In this document: piece after piece, positions 17,759 to 26,156 of the stretch
Position numbering within the stretch: the stretch's first letter is position 1
How the letters are laid out: each line of letters opens with the position of its first letter
Source: a virus
Lineage: Duplodnaviria > Caudoviricetes
Length of the DNA stretch: 59,742 bases
Reading direction: 5' to 3' (one strand)
Virus record (IMG/VR): IMGVR_UViG_3300008110_000054
Span: 1 to 59,742 of that record
Program-made: the position numbers and the translations under genes
Notes under the pieces: model-generated
Database searches by the model: none
The model's input: only the letters and a program-made list of their open reading frames with translations
Told to the model about the DNA's origin: nothing

Positions 17759-19432
17759 TTAACCTGTATGGAGTGGAGAGCCTAGCCAAACTGTATCATA
17801 TAGAGGATTGCTGACTGATGTTATATCTGCGTCTTTGTTTTCAATTTCGCTACGTATATTAGATAGTGTAAAGCTAGTTGTAGCTTGAGAAGCTATTGCG
17901 TCTATGCTAAAAGACACCTGGTCAACCATTGCGTATACAGGGTAATCAAAAGCATCTTTATTAAGTCTGTTTTCGCCAGCGGTTTCTACTTTAACCGTAG
18001 CTCCTGGAGCTATGTCCAATCTGAATTTTCCAGTTATGCTTCCATTTCTGTGCTTGAGGACCTCATTAGAGTACACGACTTTTGCATAAGCCGTGGCTAT
18101 CTGCAAATACCCTTCAGCTTTTTCTCTGAGGTTAAAATTTTTAGCTTTGTCTTTAACTTCGGCTACGGCTCTGGCCATGGTGCCTTGCTGCCCGTCAAAT
18201 CTTTCAGAAGGCAAACCTGCGGACAACCAATCAGGAGCGCGTTGTATTACTATCATCCCTGGAGATTTTTCATGTCGGCTAGATAGGTAAACAGCTGAAT
18301 TTAACCACTCAAATTCTCTGCCGTTGCCTTCTTCTGGCACTCCGTTGATGGCATTGACTAAACCTGAACCCGTGGACATCGCTACTTTCAAAGCAGCTCC
18401 ACTAACGAATTTTGGCATAGCCGTAGTAATGTCGTAGCTTACTACTTCTGTGGCGTATACGGTCTTGTACGGCCTGTAATAATTATTCAACACAGGTGCT
18501 ACCCAAGCTCTGGTTATTCCAGGTATTATTTGAAACATAAAAGAAGCGGCAAAACCTACTAAGTTATCCCAAAACGTAGTGCCGTCGAATGTAACTAAAG
18601 TTTTTGACTTTAAAACATTGACTATGTTTTGTCCTATTATCGGTGTAGAGGCTGTTTTTCTAAATTTTATTACTGGATAGTCAGCAGCTCCTGGAGACGC
18701 AAACCTAGCAAACGCCGCTAGAGCTGCATTGTTTTTAGCCGACTTAAATATATTGGGAATAAGACTCTGATCTTTTAAAGTCAGTACAGCTAGTTGTTCC
18801 ATACTTATGGTGTTAGTGCCTGCTATGGCTATAAAATATTTTTTAATATTTTCCCACATGTCTTGGATAATTTCTTCAGCGTTAATTAACTTATCCGCCA
18901 AAGTAGTGTGTATACCTATGGCACTTTGGGAGACTTCCCCTGTAGTGCCTGTAGCTGGGAAGTACATGTTAAACGGAGTGCCAGGCTGTAAGTCTGGTGA
19001 CAGAGCTGTTGAGTTGTTCAAATCTGACAACCAATGCTCCATAGAAATGATGTACTCAAGTCCAGACCCAGACTTTCTGTAACCAGACCCAGACGTATAA
19101 CCTTCAAATAGTAAAAATGGCTTTCCATTAAACGCATCGTCTTCGTTTATTTGAAGACCTGGAGGCAGGGCTTCATAGCCGTTTGTTATTTGCGCCCAAA
19201 CTTTGGCTTTGGTTCTGTATACGATTTTGTCAACGATGAAGTGTATGTTTGAAGTAAGAGCTGTGTTGGGCACAGCGCTTCCCAGCGCTATAGCAAAATT
19301 TGCCTGAGGTATGGCGTTTCTGCCAAACTGAGCTGAGCCTCTAGTAATGTCTAAAGCAACATCGCCAATACCTGGGACGGTTATTTCCATCCAGGCTCTT
19401 ACGCTTTTTTGCTTAAAACCTCTAGAACTCAC
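17759..19432 (-). CDS. Baseplate hub protein (gp27/gp44-like)
   Basis: LLFEGY, C-terminal RNGSITGKFRLDIAPGATVKV...VDQVSFSI hub-like pattern; position after the tape measure. Confidence 0.6.
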   Translation of the reverse strand: MSSRGFKQKSVRAWMEITVPGIGDVALDITRGSAQFGRNAIPQANFAIALGSAVPNTALTSNIHFIVDKIVYRTKAKVWAQITNGYEALPPGLQINEDDAFNGKPFLLFEGYTSGSGYRKSGSGLEYIISMEHWLSDLNNSTALSPDLQPGTPFNMYFPATGTTGEVSQSAIGIHTTLADKLINAEEIIQDMWENIKKYFIAIAGTNTISMEQLAVLTLKDQSLIPNIFKSAKNNAALAAFARFASPGAADYPVIKFRKTASTPIIGQNIVNVLKSKTLVTFDGTTFWDNLVGFAASFMFQIIPGITRAWVAPVLNNYYRPYKTVYATEVVSYDITTAMPKFVSGAALKVAMSTGSGLVNAINGVPEEGNGREFEWLNSAVYLSSRHEKSPGMIVIQRAPDWLSAGLPSERFDGQQGTMARAVAEVKDKAKNFNLREKAEGYLQIATAYAKVVYSNEVLKHRNGSITGKFRLDIAPGATVKVETAGENRLNKDAFDYPVYAMVDQVSFSIDAIASQATTSFTLSNIRSEIENKDADITSVSNPLYDTVWLGSPLHTG

Positions 19433-20280
19433 GATTTGATTCTCGCTTCTTCTATTTTGTAGGCTAGCCCTAACACCACAGCAGTAACGCGATCCACCAA
19501 ATCAGTGCCTCTGTGCCAGTAGTCTTTAAATTTTTTATACTCTGGCAAGTCTCCAGAGAATAAAAAGTCTATGTCTATGTCGGCTAGATTTTTAAGATTA
19601 GCCAGCACTACTCCAAGGTCTAAAGCAGGCCTGCTTACGTACTCTACATACCATTCGCCTACTGAGTCACTGCTCAGGTATATATTTGCGTTTAGTTCAG
19701 ATATGTATTTAACTGGAGGTCTGTACCCGTTAGAGCTTGAGCCGACCTGAGTAAATTGCGTGAAACTACCGTTAGCCAAATTAGTTGCGGTTATCTGTGT
19801 GTTGTTTGTTTTGAGGCTATACAGTCCGTAACATACGCCTTTATTGTCATCCGATGACAAGCTGCCAGCTAAAAAAGCTTTTACGTCTTCAGAAGAATCG
19901 CCCGAAGCTGTTTGTAAAGTCGATCCTTGCTGAACATAAGTAGAGCTAAGCCTATTTGTTACGTTGGTTATTATCAGCTTTCCGTAACTGCCGTCTACAG
20001 TCTTATCGTTAAGACCGAAAACCGTGCTTCGGGAATCGAACTTCAGGCATTCTTTAAATAAGCTAGAGACCTCAGCCGCTCTAAGCAGCTGGTGCAGTCT
20101 CCAGTTCTTATAGGCTCTGTCTGGATTCAACCCAAACAAAACACACCAAACTTTTTTTAATTCAAACGGCAGTTTGATAGCTTGAAAGTCTGGAGGCACA
20201 TACTCTTCTAATGGGTACCCAGCTCCAGGTTTATTGGAACCGTTTTCGTTTAGAAGTAGGGTTCTGATATGGTTTATCAT
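19429..20280 (-). CDS. Hypothetical tail/baseplate protein
   Basis: 283-aa coupled ORF in the tail operon. Confidence 0.5.
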   Translation of the reverse strand: MINHIRTLLLNENGSNKPGAGYPLEEYVPPDFQAIKLPFELKKVWCVLFGLNPDRAYKNWRLHQLLRAAEVSSLFKECLKFDSRSTVFGLNDKTVDGSYGKLIITNVTNRLSSTYVQQGSTLQTASGDSSEDVKAFLAGSLSSDDNKGVCYGLYSLKTNNTQITATNLANGSFTQFTQVGSSSNGYRPPVKYISELNANIYLSSDSVGEWYVEYVSRPALDLGVVLANLKNLADIDIDFLFSGDLPEYKKFKDYWHRGTDLVDRVTAVVLGLAYKIEEARIKS

Positions 20281-20282
20281 TG

Positions 20283-20807
20283 TTATGTCCCTGGCATGTA
20301 ATAGAGCTTCAGGGAAAAGGCCGCAAACATAGCCGCTGGATCCGTGATTGCCACGTTAAAAGAAGCTAGGAAAGTTTTAAACGTTCTAGTCCTGGCTGCT
20401 GCGCCTCTAGAAAACGATACCCAAGTAAATGTTATAGGCTTCAAACTGTTAGACACTTTGTTTCTTGAAAAAAAGTCGTATATGGCGTGTACGCCTGACG
20501 CGCCGTCACATTCAGGGTTAAGAAATGAAATACCTCCTACATCTAGTTCCGACATCTTGTCGCCAAAGGTATATAGGTAAGTAAAATTACGCAACGTGGT
20601 TAAAAATTGAAAATTACTTGATTCATTAACAGTAGTTGAAGTTACGATGCATCTCATTGAATCGTAAGCTTTGCCAGAGGACAGTTCGTCTCCAGCAACG
20701 GCTCCTTGAAGCCTAACATAAAATCCACTATCGACGGATTTATACATCACCATAACTGAACCTGGTGTGCTCATAAATACGTCAGGAGTTATGGCCGCTG
20801 TTTTCAC
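20283..20807 (-). CDS. Tail tube initiator-like protein
   Basis: NFQFLTTLRNFTYLYTFGDKMSELDVGG tube-fold-like pattern directly after the tape measure. Confidence 0.55.
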   Translation of the reverse strand: MKTAAITPDVFMSTPGSVMVMYKSVDSGFYVRLQGAVAGDELSSGKAYDSMRCIVTSTTVNESSNFQFLTTLRNFTYLYTFGDKMSELDVGGISFLNPECDGASGVHAIYDFFSRNKVSNSLKPITFTWVSFSRGAAARTRTFKTFLASFNVAITDPAAMFAAFSLKLYYMPGT

Positions 20808-20819
20808 AGCTTATACCTC

Positions 20820-23800
20820 TTACGGGTTTTGTGCGGTAAGAACCATCGCGCCAGTAGTCAGTTCCATGGTTCCGCTGAACTGAGTACCGTCTGCGAATCT
20901 GACTACTTGAGGTTTAGCCTCGGTAGAACTCTCAGCTTTCTTGTCTTGCGATTTTATAAACTTGTCCATATCCAAAAACCCAGTTTTACGGAAATTCATA
21001 ATGTTAGTATCTAAACCTTTTACTAACCTCTTGGTTTCGTCGGTCTGGTTGTCTAGGTTTTTGCCCTCAAACATTTCTTGAATTTGAGCTTGGTTGAATC
21101 CAAGCTTGGTTAAAGTGTCCAGAGAGGCTGTGGTTTTTGCCACAGCTGCTTTCACACCAGGACCAGCTTCTGAAATTCTCTTTACGTCTGTGTCTGATAA
21201 GGTCTTGCTTGGATCCAGTTGTTTTAGCAGTTTGTTTAGCTGGTTGCCTGGATCTGCAACTATTTCTTTTAGCCTGCCTATTCTTTCCTCTTCTTTTTTC
21301 ATTTCTTCTGGCGTCATAACCTGAAGACCGTATCTAGTAGCTTCACCAAGCTCCATACCTAAGTTACGAGCTACGTCTTTTATCATTTCAGACGCGGCTC
21401 CTGAAGAATCTCCCATAACGTCGGCTACAGTAAAAGTGCCGCCGCTAGCTTCAGCTATTCTTGTAGCCCTGCTGAACATGTCTAATGACTGTTTGTCTAA
21501 ATCTTTTTGTTTTGAAAGAAGCTTTCTGGCTTCGGCTTGCTGGTTGGCAGTCAGATTGCTCTTGAAGTCGCCCATTACACTTTCGACAGCATAACCCCGC
21601 GACTGAGCATGCCTGGCTATCTTTGCTTTGACAGCGCCTAGTTTTTTAAGAGCTGCTTCTTTAGCTTTAGGATCATTACCTGCTGCTGCCAGCTCAGCTC
21701 TGGCGTCCTGTAGTTCTTTTGTGATGCCTAGTCTGTCCAAGTCTGCGATGTCAGCAGCTGATGCACCGACGTTCTTCAAAATGTCTTTGTATTCTATTTT
21801 CCCGTCTTTAGCCAAAGTCATTAAGCCTTTTTCTACTTCATCTCGGCTCTTTCCTAGATTTAGCGCCTCTCTTCTAATAGCGTCTACACCAGCTACCCTG
21901 CCAGCAGCGGCTAATCCAGCTGCCGTGGTGCCAGCGTCCATACCTTCAGACATTTTACCTACGTCTGTCAGACCTCTAGTGATGTAGTCAGCCGTTTCTT
22001 TGCCCATCATGCTGAGCATGCCTACATCACTTTGTAGAGCCTCGGCCATAGACATGGCCAAGCTGCCTGCTTGCTTAGCGGTACCGCTAATAGCAGCAGA
22101 AGTCATAGAACCGATTGTGCCTCTATCAAAATCTGTTTTTGCTTGACCAAGCCCCATCAGACGCATGCCGCTGGAAGCGTGTACACCAAGTGAAGTAATG
22201 CGGTCAGTTCTGAGGGTATTTAGTTTGCTTATAATATCTTTTTCGCTGAGTGGTTTTCCGTCTTTATCCCGCATAATAGTATCAAGCTGACCTGGTGTTA
22301 ACCCGTACGCTGTCTCTATCTCTCGCATTTCAGCAGCTAAATTTTTATTTCCTTTTAAGTACGCAGTAATTTTACCTTCGTCTTGAGCCACTGCTCTTTT
22401 GTTGAGCATTTTTGCTGATTCTAGATCTCCTCTTATGCCAGCAGCCTCTGCCATCTCTAGATCGGCAGTGCCAACGCCTCCCAGCATCTGGAACAAGGCG
22501 TCTTCAATGGTCGTGTCTTTATTAGCACCCAAAAGAACATCGGCAAACCTTTGCATAGGTGTGCCTCTGTTAAGCTTGGCGAAAGCGCTCTGTTGTCTTG
22601 AGTCAGCTTCAGCCTGTGCTCTATTTCTAGCCGCTTGAGCCCTATTCTCCGTGTTAACTAAAGCAAGTACTTCGTTGCCTTTGCCTTTGGCCCTCTCACC
22701 GAACGACCCTGCGCCCTTAGAGACAGCAAGCCTAATCTGGTTTTCGTCAATTCCTGGGAACTTGTCTTTTATTTTCTTAACCAAGAACTCGTAGTTTCCT
22801 GTAGAAAACTGACCAGCCTCATCGCCAGTCATGTTCATAAGGCCTTCTGTGATGACCTTACGCATGTCTCCAGCTTGATTTATATTCAACCCAAACTCAG
22901 TAACCATGTTTGGCACAAAGCTAGACGCGATCATGCCTTCAGCTTCAGCTACTTGTCCAGCTTCGGACATGGCAGCCAAGCCTGGAGTTCTGAACATCAC
23001 GGCTTGATTGGCGTTTCTTTGAGACGTCATAGTGAAGAAATCGGCAGCTCTTATGCCGTTCCTGTTCAACATAGCGCCGATCTCTTCTGGGCGCATGTGC
23101 TTGGCTGTGCCAGCTTTTACTTGCTCGATGTAATCAGCTACTTCTTTATGCTTATTGGGGTCTATTACGCCTGCTTCTGACATTCTTATCAAAGCAGCAT
23201 AAGAGTTTGCAAAAGGACTGTTCAGCCCAGCAGCCTGAGCTTCTCGGCTAAAAGCCAAGGCTTTTTCCTTATCCATAAGGTTAAAGCCAGTAGCACCTCC
23301 GAAGTTGGTCGCATACGCCTGCGCGAAAGCAGCTGAGTTAGTTGCAATTCCAGTAGCAAATGCTCTGTTTAGTCCATACCTGTCCCCAGCCTGCCCAGCC
23401 ATGCCGATGTTTGCCATCATGGCGTCTAGACCCATGCCAGTCATCTTCGACATATTGGCAGCATTTCGTACCATGCGCTCTACATCAGCGGGGTTCATGC
23501 TGCTTAAATTGTTTTGGGTAATAGCCTGCAGGGCATTGAAAAGTTCTGCCATAGGCGCGTCTGAGCGCCCGTTCTCACCAAATATGTCTTTCATGGCGGC
23601 TACTGCGCCAGACATGGCTTTGATTTTGTCTGTAATTCTGTTGGCTTCAAACTGCTGTACTTTGTCGTTAAAGTCTGGCGCTTCAACAAGATCCTGCATT
23701 GTTCTTTCTAGCTCGCCTGGTCCTGCTGGACCTACGCGTCTATTCAGCTGGTCTTGAGCGATTTGTCTAATAGACCTAGGAGCAGACCCTAGTATGCCTC

Positions 23801-24461
23801 TACGCGCCATCTCGTCAAACATAGAGCCAGCCTGTCCAGCTGTAACTCCACGCATTTCGCCTATGTCTCTTCCTTCAGCGAACAAGTTATTAAATACTTG
23901 TTCTGTTATTGTCTTTACAGTATCTCCGCGCATACCCACGGTGCCAGTGACAGGATCTGACACGTATCTTGAGCCAGCCGCCATTCTCTGAGCCATTACC
24001 GCCGCCGACCCTCTTGAGCCGTGCATGCGGTCAACAAAGTCTGGTGCTATCTGTGTAAGCATTGGCATAAACATGGCCATGTCGCCAGCCATTGTCTGAG
24101 CAGCCATTTGCTCACGCATACCGAAAGGAGTGCCCGCTAGGTTGGCGAAACCCCTAAACATTTGTTCGTATGTTTTTTGATCCAGAGCCGAGCCTCTGGC
24201 CATGGCTTGTTGCTGCATATCAAAAGCAGCGCGCTGCCTGAACTGATCGTATAGATTCATCTGGGGCATAAACTGGCCAAATTGCCCCATGTTACTGCCA
24301 AAAATATTAGGCAGTATGCTCTGCATTAGCCCGTTGACTAACATGGCAGAACCGCCAGACAGACCTAATGCCTGGGCTACATTAAAAGTCTGGGCTGGTG
24401 TGATCGGGGAACCTGAAAATACGGTCCCTGGTCCACCAAACATTTGTTGAATGTTATTCAC
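20820..24461 (-). CDS. Tape measure protein
   Basis: 1213 aa, Ala/Gly/Met/Gln-rich and helical, no Cys or Trp seen, directly after the chaperone pair. Confidence 0.85.
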   Translation of the reverse strand: MNNIQQMFGGPGTVFSGSPITPAQTFNVAQALGLSGGSAMLVNGLMQSILPNIFGSNMGQFGQFMPQMNLYDQFRQRAAFDMQQQAMARGSALDQKTYEQMFRGFANLAGTPFGMREQMAAQTMAGDMAMFMPMLTQIAPDFVDRMHGSRGSAAVMAQRMAAGSRYVSDPVTGTVGMRGDTVKTITEQVFNNLFAEGRDIGEMRGVTAGQAGSMFDEMARRGILGSAPRSIRQIAQDQLNRRVGPAGPGELERTMQDLVEAPDFNDKVQQFEANRITDKIKAMSGAVAAMKDIFGENGRSDAPMAELFNALQAITQNNLSSMNPADVERMVRNAANMSKMTGMGLDAMMANIGMAGQAGDRYGLNRAFATGIATNSAAFAQAYATNFGGATGFNLMDKEKALAFSREAQAAGLNSPFANSYAALIRMSEAGVIDPNKHKEVADYIEQVKAGTAKHMRPEEIGAMLNRNGIRAADFFTMTSQRNANQAVMFRTPGLAAMSEAGQVAEAEGMIASSFVPNMVTEFGLNINQAGDMRKVITEGLMNMTGDEAGQFSTGNYEFLVKKIKDKFPGIDENQIRLAVSKGAGSFGERAKGKGNEVLALVNTENRAQAARNRAQAEADSRQQSAFAKLNRGTPMQRFADVLLGANKDTTIEDALFQMLGGVGTADLEMAEAAGIRGDLESAKMLNKRAVAQDEGKITAYLKGNKNLAAEMREIETAYGLTPGQLDTIMRDKDGKPLSEKDIISKLNTLRTDRITSLGVHASSGMRLMGLGQAKTDFDRGTIGSMTSAAISGTAKQAGSLAMSMAEALQSDVGMLSMMGKETADYITRGLTDVGKMSEGMDAGTTAAGLAAAGRVAGVDAIRREALNLGKSRDEVEKGLMTLAKDGKIEYKDILKNVGASAADIADLDRLGITKELQDARAELAAAGNDPKAKEAALKKLGAVKAKIARHAQSRGYAVESVMGDFKSNLTANQQAEARKLLSKQKDLDKQSLDMFSRATRIAEASGGTFTVADVMGDSSGAASEMIKDVARNLGMELGEATRYGLQVMTPEEMKKEEERIGRLKEIVADPGNQLNKLLKQLDPSKTLSDTDVKRISEAGPGVKAAVAKTTASLDTLTKLGFNQAQIQEMFEGKNLDNQTDETKRLVKGLDTNIMNFRKTGFLDMDKFIKSQDKKAESSTEAKPQVVRFADGTQFSGTMELTTGAMVLTAQNP

Positions 24462-24891
24462 CTTTCCAAATCCCCAGACGTTTTTGTCTTGCTTCTTCTA
24501 CCTCTGCCTCTACTTTCTTTCTGAACTCTGGGTCGTTCCAATCGCCAAATTCTTCTTTATAAGCGTCTATCAGCTCTCTATATGCATCATAATTCTTTCT
24601 AGGTTTCGTGTCTCTAGCAAGCCAAGGCTGCGATAGCTCGTCTATCACGTCAGCCATTTGGTCAAAACTGGAATAAGCAGACTTTACTAGCTCTAAATGG
24701 GGACTGCTGCAAATAGCTGAAGTTTTAAGCAACCTGAGTTTTAACAACTCAATCTGCTTAGTGTCTTGATACGCTCTAGCTATCCACAGCAGCCTTAATT
24801 TCCAACGGCGATCAAGTAGAGCGGCTTTTGAGAAGTCAAAACCGTCTGCTGCCATCCTTACAAGTAAGGATGCTACTTGGTCGCCTTCCAA
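24454..24891 (-). CDS. Tail assembly chaperone, frameshift (gpT-like) portion
   Basis: Lies in the -1 frame relative to 24873-25958; only a TTG start, located at the slippery site. Confidence 0.7.
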   Translation of the reverse strand: MEGDQVASLLVRMAADGFDFSKAALLDRRWKLRLLWIARAYQDTKQIELLKLRLLKTSAICSSPHLELVKSAYSSFDQMADVIDELSQPWLARDTKPRKNYDAYRELIDAYKEEFGDWNDPEFRKKVEAEVEEARQKRLGIWKGE

Positions 24892-25958
24892 AAATCCTTT
24901 GATTCTGCCATAGCCTGCAGTTTTTCACACAACGAATTAAACTCTGTGTAAAGATGCGTAATTGTGTTACGCATGGCTTCTGTAGGCATAATTTGACTAA
25001 CTAAATCATCGAATAGCGCAAACAACTTGGTGTTAGGTTTCTTGTATGAAGCCTCATCTACATCGATGTCATTAATCGGCGGAATTTCTATTATGTTGTC
25101 AGTACTTTCAATTTTTTCTATACCCATAACAGCTCTATAGGCCATAAGCGTACGCCAGTAAAAACTGGTATCGCTAAGTATTTTGGATTGCAGGTCGTTT
25201 TGGGCGTCAACAATCAACTGTTTATAAGCCGTATCTGACTCTGCTGTGGTAAGAGCGCGAAAAGTTATGTTTAACCTTCCACCAAACACAGAATAGACTT
25301 TCTTAAAGCGTATACCTCCAAGTATCGACTGGACGAAGTCTAGTTTGTCCTCATCAGACACTTCTGTAAGTTCTGTCTTTGTAGTGTCCCATCCGCAGTG
25401 GGGACACATAACTGGCCCAGGTGACACCAGACCAGAACCAACACCTTCGGCTATGGGCGCAGCCGTAGCTGTTTCTGAAGTTTTTTGTTCTTCTGGTTTT
25501 TTGGTAGAAGCAGGCAACAAGTCATCAATGATTTCTGGTTCTTTAAATATTTTTGGATCTAAAGGTGGATCAACATAAGCAGGTTTGTTGACTTGTTCTT
25601 TTTTCCTTTCTTCAACAGCTTCTTTGATAAAACCAACGATTTCCTTTTTCTTGTCGTCTGGTAGTTGACTGAAGTCAACAGGCTCTGGGATATGCAAAGG
25701 CTTATCAACCTTTGGCATTTCAACCTTAGACGTTTCCTTTACAACGTTGTGAATCTTTTCAGCAATATTAGCTGGAAGATTCTCAGGGTTGTCTACAATA
25801 CCCAACTGTTTTAGCCCTTCTCGTTCTACTTCTGTAAGGACGGTGCCTGGGCGCATCATGCCAGGCAACCCAGCATTTGACGGTATGGTAGGCTTTGCTG
25901 GAGCTGGAGGAGCAGGCAGCTTTCTAAACGAATCTAACTTTCTGACAGGCTTATCCAT
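24873..25958 (-). CDS. Tail assembly chaperone (gpG-like) with a long Pro/charged N-terminal extension
   Basis: Position upstream of the tape measure; ITFRALTTAE motif; CPHCG; ends just after the slippery site. Confidence 0.7.
   Translation of the reverse strand: MDKPVRKLDSFRKLPAPPAPAKPTIPSNAGLPGMMRPGTVLTEVEREGLKQLGIVDNPENLPANIAEKIHNVVKETSKVEMPKVDKPLHIPEPVDFSQLPDDKKKEIVGFIKEAVEERKKEQVNKPAYVDPPLDPKIFKEPEIIDDLLPASTKKPEEQKTSETATAAPIAEGVGSGLVSPGPVMCPHCGWDTTKTELTEVSDEDKLDFVQSILGGIRFKKVYSVFGGRLNITFRALTTAESDTAYKQLIVDAQNDLQSKILSDTSFYWRTLMAYRAVMGIEKIESTDNIIEIPPINDIDVDEASYKKPNTKLFALFDDLVSQIMPTEAMRNTITHLYTEFNSLCEKLQAMAESKDFWKATK
24891..24897 (-). other. Putative -1 programmed ribosomal frameshift heptamer G GAT TTT
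   Basis: Minus strand AAG GAT TTT TGG; a -1 slip continues TTG GAA GGC GAC into the 24454-24891 frame. Confidence 0.7.
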
Positions 25959-25970
25959 GACAGTCCTTTC

Positions 25971-26156
25971 TTAGACTTGTACGGTGGCTACGGCTTCAGG
26001 GCATTCGATAAACCTTTGATCAACAATAGTTATTTGTTGAGAAACAATAACTATTGGTTCTTCTTTAACTTCTGGAGGAGGTACTACGATTTCATTTCCG
26101 TCTTTGTCGTAGTAGGTTACTTGTTGAGCTTGCTCAGTCATTACTGTCCCTTTCAA
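25971..26156 (-). CDS. Small hypothetical protein (start may be 26141)
   Basis: Fills the gap between spike and chaperone; AAAGGGA upstream of an internal Met. Confidence 0.5.
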   Translation of the reverse strand: MKGTVMTEQAQQVTYYDKDGNEIVVPPPEVKEEPIVIVSQQITIVDQRFIECPEAVATVQV

